Assembly: GCA_047456305.1 (NCBI GenBank)
Contig: CP179888.1
Location: forward strand, 1,690-65,689
Source of the DNA: Candidatus Nealsonbacteria bacterium
GTDB taxonomy: Bacteria; Patescibacteriota; Minisyncoccia; Minisyncoccales; CAZKCU01
DNA: 64,000 nucleotides
Direction of reading: 5' to 3'
The notes beneath the pieces are model-generated. The model saw only the letters and a list, made by a program, of their open reading frames with translations, made no database searches and was not told the origin of the DNA. Made by a program: the position numbers and the translations under genes. Within the stretch, counting starts at the first letter, position 1, and every line of letters starts with the position of its first letter. Shown here piece by piece: positions 35,273 through 42,389 of the stretch.

Positions 35273-36043
35273 TTATTTTTCGCCAATCCTAAACTTCGCT
35301 GATTTTACCAATTTAATACTGTTATAATCTTTAGGATTCTTGAATTCGAATTGCCAGATTGAATAAACATCTTCACCGCTCGCTTTATCAAAAAATAATG
35401 TAATAACTTTTTTCTTTGTCTGTTCTCGCCATTGTCTAAATGGATAAAAAAGCTGGCGGATAATAATATTTGTAGCGCTAAAGTTTTTTGCCTCAATAAG
35501 CACGACTTGATTTTTACCCTCATAACCAGCGTCAACTTCTGTCTGTACGCTTGAAACCTTAATGACTTGTTTGCCAACTTTAAATTCAAAATCAGGAGTA
35601 TATTTTCTGCCTCGTATCGTAAGAACAAGCGAAGGATCTTCCATAAAAGTACGGATTAAACTCGCAGCGTAAGCGAAATCAAGGTGCTGCATTTCTGAAT
35701 TACCTATTTTTGTCGTGTCTAATTGAAAGTCGAGCCTTGAAGAATAAACCACAACTTCTTTTTTAATTTCCGGAATATCGATATATCCTTCGCCTTTAAT
35801 AATGTTGTAGTAGCCATTTCTTACGGGAAGCAAAAACAAATTATGCTTTTGGAAAATATCTGGCCTACTTTCTCTACTATCTTGTTTGCATAAAATACGG
35901 ACTTCTTTCTCGCCCGTCTCTTTGAATTTCTGGCAGGCCCGCTTTATTTGCGTTGCAGAAAGTGGAAACGGCAATTTGTCAAAATCGTGATCTAAAATTT
36001 TATAGTCATCAAAAATTTTCTTCCAAGATTTGCTGTTTGCCAT
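35273..36043 (-). CDS. type II restriction endonuclease candidate (PD-(D/E)XK)
   Basis: 256-aa ORF 4 nt downstream of the methyltransferase. VQTEVDAGYEGKNQVVLIEAKN fits D-x(n)-E-x-K. Confidence 0.55.
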   Translation of the reverse strand: MANSKSWKKIFDDYKILDHDFDKLPFPLSATQIKRACQKFKETGEKEVRILCKQDSRESRPDIFQKHNLFLLPVRNGYYNIIKGEGYIDIPEIKKEVVVYSSRLDFQLDTTKIGNSEMQHLDFAYAASLIRTFMEDPSLVLTIRGRKYTPDFEFKVGKQVIKVSSVQTEVDAGYEGKNQVVLIEAKNFSATNIIIRQLFYPFRQWREQTKKKVITLFFDKASGEDVYSIWQFEFKNPKDYNSIKLVKSAKFRIGEK

Positions 36044-36047
36044 AGTA

Positions 36048-37502
36048 TTAAAGTAATTTACTTTTAATATTTTTATCTAACTCCTCGAATCGTTTAATTG
36101 ATAAATCCAAATATTTTTTATCGGTATCAATACCGACAAAATTTCTCCCTAAAAGATAAGCGGCAATGCCGGTTGTCGAGCTTCCGGTGAACGGATCAAC
36201 AATCAAATCCCCCTTTTTGGTACTAGCAAGCACAATTCTTTTTAATAAATCCTCCGGTTTTTGTGTTGGATGTTTTCCAAATTTTTTTTCAACAGACTTT
36301 GGCGTTCCTATAGACCAGATCGATCGCATTTGCGTATTGGGCTTTTTGATGGAATCTTCCGGCCAACTACCGTTCTTCATTAAATTATAATTGAAAGTGT
36401 GTTTTGCTTCTTTATCTTTCCTCGCCCAAAGCAAAGTTTCATGACTTGCGGTAAAATAACGACAGCTTAAATTAGGCGATGCATTCGGTTTAAACCAAGA
36501 AATATCATTTAAAATATGGAATTTAGCGACCTGCATAGCGAAACCGCATTGATAAATTGAATGATAGGTTCCGCTTACCCAAAGAGTTCCATTGGGCTTT
36601 AAAACACGCCTTACAGCCTTTATCCATTCGAGATGAAACTCAAAATCTTTTTTCAATCCATTACTTCTATCCCATTCTCCTTTATTAACGCTAACACGCC
36701 GCCCGGCATGAAGACTAAAGCCCCCGTTAGAAAGCAGATAAGGAGGATCGGCAAAAACCATATCAATCGAATTCTCTGGAAGCTCTGCGAGAATATCCAA
36801 GCAATTAGCGTGATACAATTTAAATTTAGGTTTCTCATAATATGGCTTCTTTGTTCCTATAATTTCTTTCTTTTGTTCCGAAGCTGTATTTTCTTTCCTC
36901 ACCATCTTTCCGATTAATTGTATTTCGGAAGTAAAGGGAATGTTTTTATATTTCAGATTTTCCGGCTTTAAGAATTTGTAGGGCGGTTTAGTTTGGCAAA
37001 CATAACGTTTTACGGTTGTACCATCTGGAGTTTGAGCTAAAACAATGTCGCCTGAGATGAATTCATTAGTTTTTTTAAACAAGATCAAATCTCCGTCGTT
37101 GATATTAGCATTAATCATTGAATCCCCCATAACGCGGACCACAATCACGTTGTCGGCAATAGTTTCTACGTCTTTTGATAAAGGTTGCCAAGCGTCAATT
37201 TCTTCTATAGCTTCGGTAAAACCTCCGGCCGAAGTATAACCGACTATCGGAGCTAAAGGAGAAACATCTATTGCTCTGTACCCTTTTTTGAGAATTTTGA
37301 TTCCGCGAGCCGAACCTTCTTCGCGAGTAATAAAATTCTTTCTTTCCAAAATAGAAAAAATGTCCAAAAGAGTTTGGTTTGAAGAAATATTGAGCTTTTC
37401 TTTAAGCTCGCTGAAAGAAGGTGGAAAACCGGCAGAAATCAAACTGTCATAAATGTTCTTTAGAACTTCCTTTTGTCTTTTTGTTATAGCTTCTTTTTGC
37501 AT
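36048..37502 (-). CDS. fusion protein: LexA-like repressor (wHTH + S24 peptidase) joined to a beta-class N6A/N4C DNA methyltransferase
   Basis: Residues ~1-205 are collinear with LexA: TKRQKEVL..GFPPS..E....RGIKIL, an Ala-Gly site in TSAGGF, GDSM serine, TVKRY lysine. Residues ~230-484 carry DPPY (motif IV) before DPFTGSSTTG (motif I). Confidence 0.8.
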   Translation of the reverse strand: MQKEAITKRQKEVLKNIYDSLISAGFPPSFSELKEKLNISSNQTLLDIFSILERKNFITREEGSARGIKILKKGYRAIDVSPLAPIVGYTSAGGFTEAIEEIDAWQPLSKDVETIADNVIVVRVMGDSMINANINDGDLILFKKTNEFISGDIVLAQTPDGTTVKRYVCQTKPPYKFLKPENLKYKNIPFTSEIQLIGKMVRKENTASEQKKEIIGTKKPYYEKPKFKLYHANCLDILAELPENSIDMVFADPPYLLSNGGFSLHAGRRVSVNKGEWDRSNGLKKDFEFHLEWIKAVRRVLKPNGTLWVSGTYHSIYQCGFAMQVAKFHILNDISWFKPNASPNLSCRYFTASHETLLWARKDKEAKHTFNYNLMKNGSWPEDSIKKPNTQMRSIWSIGTPKSVEKKFGKHPTQKPEDLLKRIVLASTKKGDLIVDPFTGSSTTGIAAYLLGRNFVGIDTDKKYLDLSIKRFEELDKNIKSKLL

Positions 37503-37508
37503 ATTAAA

Positions 37509-37538
37509 TAATAATACCCGACCAAGTGGTCGGGTGTC
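37509..37538 (-). promoter_or_regulatory. promoter TTGACA-18-TATTAT whose spacer is an 18-bp palindromic operator, 6 nt from the ATG
   Basis: Read on the minus strand: TTGACA (37538-37533), CCCGACCActTGGTCGGG (37532-37515, perfect 8-bp arms), TATTAT (37514-37509), 6 nt, then ATG at 37502. Confidence 0.55.
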
Positions 37539-37605
37539 AACAGAACTTTATCCACAGTCTTCTTATCCGAAATGTCGCACAAGATGCGTTATAAGGCTTT
37601 GAAAA

Positions 37606-37637
37606 TAAAAATCGCCAAGAAGGCGGTTTTTTTGTAA
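37606..37637 (+). promoter_or_regulatory. hairpin/-10 box (P-box) in inverted orientation
   Basis: The plus strand reads AAAAATCGCCAAGAAGGCGGTTTTTTTGTAAGTT. All other copies have this sense on the minus strand. Confidence 0.35.
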
Positions 37638-37676
37638 GTTCCGAGGGACGGACGATGTTGAAACCTATTTGATAAA

Positions 37677-37719
37677 TTAAAACAAAATGCCTACAGACGG
37701 ATAATCTATCTGTAGGCAT
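37677..37719 (-). terminator. intrinsic terminator (usable from both strands)
   Basis: Perfect 11-bp stem ATGCCTACAGA/TCTGTAGGCAT (37687-37719). A T-rich tract follows on the minus strand. Confidence 0.6.
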
Positions 37720-37748
37720 TGCACGATGACTGCCCTCCTTAATATTCT

Positions 37749-37964
37749 TTATTTCGGTACAAATTCTACATCGTAGTTAACTAAGGAAAATAACTGTGTT
37801 GGCTCATTCTCAGTGGTGGGCGGGGCTATTTCTACAGCACCGCCCTCAAAAGCAAGCCCTATATACCCTTTTCCATTCCTGAGCTCTAAAACTTTTCTCC
37901 TGCCAAATATCCCCCTTTTTGTAACCGTAACCCTATAGACAGTAATAGCGTTATGTAATAACAT
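37749..37964 (-). CDS. hypothetical 71-aa protein
   Basis: Strong SD (AGGAGGGATAGA before the ATG) and a terminator directly downstream. Confidence 0.5.
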   Translation of the reverse strand: MLLHNAITVYRVTVTKRGIFGRRKVLELRNGKGYIGLAFEGGAVEIAPPTTENEPTQLFSLVNYDVEFVPK

Positions 37965-38010
37965 TCTATCCCTCCTTTTTTTGTGATTTTATATTATCTT
38001 ATCACCTACA

Positions 38011-38039
38011 ATAAAAAAAATCAAGCCCTAATGGCTTGA
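38011..38039 (-). terminator. intrinsic terminator closing the non-coding region 38041-38429
   Basis: Stem TCAAGCC/GGCTTGA (38021-38039). Eight T follow on the minus strand. Confidence 0.55.
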
Positions 38040-38040
38040 A

Positions 38041-38429
38041 ATTGCGAGCTTCGCGGGTAGAATTCGAACTAATACAAATTATGCGACATTGACTCCTCGT
38101 CCATAGATTATCCGTCTTAAGTCCTCAAACGCTGGTGTTGTGACGTTTATGTCGCACTATGCTCCTCATTCATAGATTGTGAAACAAGATAAGCTTTTGA
38201 CTCCTCTCTGATGCGAAGGACGTCATACGTCGGTGTTGTGGACACAAAGGGCGACATAAGTCCTCATCCGTTAATTATGCGACTCTTTTCGCTTGATTGG
38301 TTCGAATCCTAGCCCCTGGCATCCTCGGTCTGGAAATGAGGTTTTAAGGGTAATTTAGGCGGTTCTGGGGGTGTCTCACCGCCGCGTCTCGGTCGAGGTG
38401 TTTTTGAATAAAAGGAATAAATGCATGCC
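38041..38429. repeat. non-coding element, copy 2 (core 38308-38408), with internal ~65-110 nt sub-repeats
   Basis: No ORF. The core is paralogous to 30645-30747. The internal units GACTCCTC..CATAGATT / ..GGTGTTGTG..GCGACAT recur two to three times. Confidence 0.5.
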
Positions 38430-38708
38430 TTATTCGCACCCCCACCCATCTCCATCTCTGTCTAAATCAAAAACATCTGGACCAATAACACGAACACGCC
38501 CTGTATAATATGGGCCGTTACCAGATCCACCAGCGCAATCATAATCACTAGCATTTGGATTTAAACAGCCAGAATAGCTTGGGTGGCATTTTTGTTCTGG
38601 AAGAGTAACAGATTCCGATGATTGATTTGACTCGCTCAAGTTAGATATTAATCAAATCAAAAAGCCTATAAACATAAGGGTTAAAATTACCTTATTTATG
38701 TTTGTCAT
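38430..38708 (-). pseudogene. Excalibur calcium-binding-domain secreted protein interrupted by an in-frame TGA (pseudogene or recoded)
   Basis: C-terminus DCAGGSGNGPYY...DLDRDGDGWGCE is the Excalibur motif. ATG at 38708 gives MTNINKVILTLMFIGFLI, then TGA at 38654-38652, then the same frame continues LISNLSESNQ... Confidence 0.6.
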
Positions 38709-38723
38709 CTTTTCTCTTTTTAT

Positions 38724-38945
38724 TTATATTTTATGACACTCTTCATTACAATGTTTACATCCATCTATCTTCCATTCAGGAAAGCGTTTCTTGGCCTCCG
38801 CCATAGCATCTTCACAGTTAGAAAAATCACCAAGTCTAATTCTATTCTCTTGAAGAGGGGCTTCGGGACAATTATCATCTTTATGAATTTCGTGCTCACC
38901 ATGCTCTGGATAGGATTGAGGATTTTTATTTATATAATAAGACAT
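38724..38945 (-). CDS. small Cys/His-rich hypothetical protein
   Basis: 73-aa ORF with CPEAP...C....C.HCNEECH. Confidence 0.45.
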   Translation of the reverse strand: MSYYINKNPQSYPEHGEHEIHKDDNCPEAPLQENRIRLGDFSNCEDAMAEAKKRFPEWKIDGCKHCNEECHKI

Positions 38946-39108
38946 TTTATTAATTTTTTAATTGACAATTTCGACCTTTTTACTAATCCATGTTATCTGG
39001 ACAAACGAATTAGTAATCCAAAAATTGGCTTAAATAGCACTCTCAGGTCTGCCTCGATACTGCTCTGACTCGTGCTGCGGGTAATGAACGATGTTAGAAC
39101 CTGTTTGG

Positions 39109-39531
39109 TTAAATAAGTCCGAGCTTTTTCATCTCTTGAATAACTTCTAATCCTCCTGGACGAAGTTTGTAATCTTTCATCTCCTCTAATCTAACCCACT
39201 TAAAATCATCTGCATCATCTCCTGTTTCAACTTCTTTTCCGTTAGTTTCGCATTTAAATAACAGTATCGTAACGAATGGAAATGTCTTATAATTGTCAGA
39301 AGCTTTATTTTTAAAAACAGTTGAATAAATAAATTTTATTCCAGAGATATCTAAATTAACCTCTTCTTTTATTTCCCTTTTAAGAGCAGAGTCTATTGAT
39401 TCATTTTTCTCAACTATACCACCAGGAAAAAACCACAAACCTTCATGAAATTTACCCTTCTTTTTAACTAAAAGGTATTTATCTTTTTTTTGAATTATTC
39501 CGCTTACAACTATTAATGACTTGTTGTTCAT
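39109..39531 (-). CDS. NUDIX hydrolase
   Basis: Nudix box GGIVEKNESIDSALKREIKEEVNL. Confidence 0.8.
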   Translation of the reverse strand: MNNKSLIVVSGIIQKKDKYLLVKKKGKFHEGLWFFPGGIVEKNESIDSALKREIKEEVNLDISGIKFIYSTVFKNKASDNYKTFPFVTILLFKCETNGKEVETGDDADDFKWVRLEEMKDYKLRPGGLEVIQEMKKLGLI

Positions 39532-39540
39532 ATCTTTCTC

Positions 39541-39575
39541 ATTCTACCAAAAAACCACCTCTATTACCAAGTGAC
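39541..39575 (-). promoter_or_regulatory. P-box (hairpin + T-run + TGGTAGAAT), 9 nt before the NUDIX ATG
   Basis: The minus strand reads ...GGTAATAGAGGTGGTTTTTTGGTAGAAT. Confidence 0.5.
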
Positions 39576-39583
39576 AAATCACA

Positions 39584-39644
39584 GCTCCAGGAGCAGGATT
39601 CTAACTAATAAAAGTCTTAACTCCTCATTGATACGTAGTGCGAC
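39584..39644 (-). repeat. R1 repeat (tRNA 3'-end-like piece + GCATCAATGAGGAG block)
   Basis: The plus strand reads GCTCCAGGAGCAGGATTCTAACTAATAAAAGTCTTAACTCCTCATTGATACGTAGTGCGAC. Related copies lie at 38048, 51064 and 52963. Confidence 0.6.
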
Positions 39645-39772
39645 GGGAATAAAAAAGAGGTCTTTTTTTAAGGACGACCTCATGATATAGGCTTGGCTTC
39701 GAGGGTGGGACGTAATCAGAACTTGGTTTTGGGAGAGGTTTCTGGTGTTGGAACCTAGTTTCAAAAGGCACT

Positions 39773-40528
39773 CTAACGCTTTTGAGCAACGGTAATAAAA
39801 CTTTTACTGTCAAAATTGGGTGCGAATTTTAAAACTTTGAAATTGGCTTTGTTTAGGAATCTTTTTAATTCTTCTGGCGAAAATCCTCTTATGAGATCAT
39901 TAGTTTGATAGATTTTAGATTTTTTACCATCTACTTCAAAAGAGTAGAACCATCTAACAATAGTTGGCTTTTTAGAAATAATATGAAAACTGGAGGTTCT
40001 AGTTATTATGTGCCCTCTATTTTTTACTGCTTCTTCAGGTTTAAATATTTGTTTCTTTAACATTTTTTCAGCTTCAAAGTTGTCAAAGATTAGAACACTT
40101 TTATCTTTTAATACTTTATTAAAGCATTTTAAAGCTTTTTTTATATCTTTATCTTTAACCAAATGAGTAAAAGTCCTACCTATCAAGATTATCGCATCAA
40201 ATCTATCTTTTGTATTTATTTTTCTCATGTCACAGTGAATAACCTTAACATCGGGGTTTATAGTCTTAAAGATTTTATTTAAATCTTTAGAGTTATCTAA
40301 GGCAGTTATTTGAAACCCTTTCTTTTTTAAAATCTTTGTTAATCGCCCAGGTCCACTACCAACATGAAGCACACTTTTAACTTTGTAATTCCTTAAGTGT
40401 TTCTCAAACAACGAAGCTATAACGGGATAGTTCCAATGTTTCTCATAGAATAAATCATAAAGTTCAGCGAATTTGCCTTTATACAAATTTGGTAAAAGCT
40501 GATTTTCGATTCCTTGAAAGATTTTCAT
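39773..40528 (-). CDS. class I SAM-dependent methyltransferase
   Basis: Motif I VLHVGSGPGRLT. 251 aa. Confidence 0.75.
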   Translation of the reverse strand: MKIFQGIENQLLPNLYKGKFAELYDLFYEKHWNYPVIASLFEKHLRNYKVKSVLHVGSGPGRLTKILKKKGFQITALDNSKDLNKIFKTINPDVKVIHCDMRKINTKDRFDAIILIGRTFTHLVKDKDIKKALKCFNKVLKDKSVLIFDNFEAEKMLKKQIFKPEEAVKNRGHIITRTSSFHIISKKPTIVRWFYSFEVDGKKSKIYQTNDLIRGFSPEELKRFLNKANFKVLKFAPNFDSKSFITVAQKR

Positions 40529-40535
40529 ATTCTTA

Positions 40536-40565
40536 ATTCTACCAAAAAACCACTTTCTTGGCGAC
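40536..40565 (-). promoter_or_regulatory. P-box, 7 nt before the ATG at 40528
   Basis: The minus strand reads GTCGCCAAGAAAGTGGTTTTTTGGTAGAAT. Confidence 0.5.
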
Positions 40566-40653
40566 GCTCCTCATTGATGCGTAGTGCGACATAAAAAACC
40601 GCCCAAATAAATAGGGAGAATTGTCAGCTCCCCAGGTGGAACGATTTTAAAAT

Positions 40654-41328
40654 CTATTTCTTGGTCAATACAACGCTGTAATAAACGGGAATCTTTGCTG
40701 GTCCTTTTGAAAAAGCTCTAATTTTGAAATGTCTAATAATTTGATATCCAGTATTATTAAGAATTTTATTTATTTCTTTTTTACTCCTACGATAAAGTTT
40801 AAATTTCATAATATTGGGGGGATTTTTAATATAACCTTCGGCATTGTATTGAACTCTTAATTTTTGCAGTCGATGGTTAGGCAACAATAATTCATAAGTA
40901 AAAATAAAGTATCCATCTGCTTTTAATAATTGATATGTCTCTTTAATAATTCTTTTAATATTCTTTATAAATTCTAATACTCCTACTGCAATTATTATGT
41001 CAAAAGATTTATGTTTGAAATGGAGCCCGGTTAATCCATTGCTAATATTATATTTAAAAGTTTTTACTTCTGGGTATTTCTGTTTAACTATTTGTAGCAT
41101 TTTAGCAGAAATATCCACGGTATAGATTTTACAATTTTTATTTATAAAGATTTTTATACTTTGACCTGTGCCGACGCCTAAATCCAACACTGACGAATTA
41201 TTCTTAACTAATCTAAGTTGTGATAGCGTTTTGTTTACTTCATTCGGGGCAGACCACTTACCCTTTAGAGTGGCTTTGTTGTATTGATTAGCAAGTTTAT
41301 CATTATAAAGTTCAATAATTTTTGCCAT
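40654..41328 (-). CDS. class I SAM-dependent methyltransferase
   Basis: Motif I VLDLGVGTGQS. 224 aa. Confidence 0.75.
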   Translation of the reverse strand: MAKIIELYNDKLANQYNKATLKGKWSAPNEVNKTLSQLRLVKNNSSVLDLGVGTGQSIKIFINKNCKIYTVDISAKMLQIVKQKYPEVKTFKYNISNGLTGLHFKHKSFDIIIAVGVLEFIKNIKRIIKETYQLLKADGYFIFTYELLLPNHRLQKLRVQYNAEGYIKNPPNIMKFKLYRRSKKEINKILNNTGYQIIRHFKIRAFSKGPAKIPVYYSVVLTKK

Positions 41329-41335
41329 ATAATTT

Positions 41336-41367
41336 ATCCTACCAAAAAACCGCCCGATTGGCGATTC
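41336..41367 (-). promoter_or_regulatory. P-box, 7 nt before the ATG at 41328
   Basis: The minus strand reads GAATCGCCAATCGGGCGGTTTTTTGGTAGGAT. Confidence 0.5.
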
Positions 41368-41419
41368 TTGGTAGCTCCCCTAGTGGGATGACGTTAGAAC
41401 CTCTCTGGCAGGAAATTCC

Positions 41420-42079
41420 TTATCTTTTGGTGGCTTCGCAAAGATATGAAATAGGGGTTAACTCCGTTATCTTTACTTTTAAATCAACGGTGTTGAACAA
41501 TTTTTTAAGTTGTAGTTTTGTAAATTGTTCAGAAATTAAACCTTCAGCAGTAACAACTGTTCCATCTCTACCTACTTTTTTAATTTTTACCTTTGTCTTT
41601 TTGTAATTTTCTATTCTAGTTAGTAATGCTTTTTCTGAATATACACTTACAATTATTTTTCCTCTTGGTTTAGCTACCCTTTTCATTTCTTTCAATATTT
41701 TAAGTTTGTCTCTTCCAAAATTGCCAAAAGTATTGCCCATACAAATAACATAATCAAAAGTATTATTTTCGAAATGCATATTCCGAGTATCTTCCAAGAA
41801 TACATTAATATTTCTAAATTTTAGGAGGTTTTTCCTCGCTTCTTTCACTGCCTCTCGGTTGTAGTCAATTCCGCTAATATCTTTAGCAATACCTGCGAGT
41901 AATTTTATGTCTTTACCAAACCCACAACCCACATCTAAAACTCGGCAATTCTTTTTAATGTTTCCTCGAAGCCAGATTCCTTCTTTCCTAATCCAATCTT
42001 TGTATATTGGTGAAGGATTTTTGATGGTCTGTTTCCACCACTTGTGGAAAGAATACTCGGATTGTTTTATATTTTTCAT
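41420..42079 (-). CDS. class I SAM-dependent methyltransferase
   Basis: Motif I VLDVGCGFGKD. 219 aa. Confidence 0.75.
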   Translation of the reverse strand: MKNIKQSEYSFHKWWKQTIKNPSPIYKDWIRKEGIWLRGNIKKNCRVLDVGCGFGKDIKLLAGIAKDISGIDYNREAVKEARKNLLKFRNINVFLEDTRNMHFENNTFDYVICMGNTFGNFGRDKLKILKEMKRVAKPRGKIIVSVYSEKALLTRIENYKKTKVKIKKVGRDGTVVTAEGLISEQFTKLQLKKLFNTVDLKVKITELTPISYLCEATKR

Positions 42080-42154
42080 TTATAAAAATAAAAAAATTTA
42101 TTTTAATATACTCTCTTTTGACTTAAATTTCGGATTTTTTCTATACATTCTTTT

Positions 42155-42188
42155 ATCCTACCAAAAAACCGCCTTCTTGGCGATTTTT
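42155..42188 (-). promoter_or_regulatory. P-box, about 75 nt upstream of the ATG at 42079
   Basis: The minus strand reads AAAAATCGCCAAGAAGGCGGTTTTTTGGTAGGAT. Preceded by S hairpin CTCGGT/ACCGAG at 42196-42214. Confidence 0.45.
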
Positions 42189-42389
42189 GATGCGTCTCGG
42201 TCACCCGAACCGAGCACTAGCCTGCTCCCCAGTTCAAAGCTTAAACGAACTTTAGAGGACTTTGGGTATATGGCGATGGTGAAGGAGAAGCTGAACGAAA
42301 TCAAGATTTCCTGCCGCAATTACGGGATACCCCTGTTTCATTCACCCTCCCCCAATTGAACGCCATTCGAACCTGTTTGATGGAATTAA

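Noticed and set aside
36166-37239. Plus-strand ORFs 36166..36390, 36633..36917 and 37045..37239.
   Set aside because: They are antisense to the well-supported LexA-methyltransferase fusion gene and have no motifs.
38733-39068. Plus-strand 111-aa ORF 38733..39068.
   Set aside because: It is antisense to the Cys/His-rich minus-strand ORF 38724..38945 and extends into intergenic repeat sequence. Its composition is hydrophobic and low-complexity.
41322-42359. Plus-strand ORFs 41322..41606 and 41907..42359. The same applies to 50118..50300, 51944..52210, 51963..52175 and 52120..52434.
   Set aside because: They run through the conserved intergenic repeat modules and/or antisense to well-supported minus-strand genes. 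Their translations are low-complexity.
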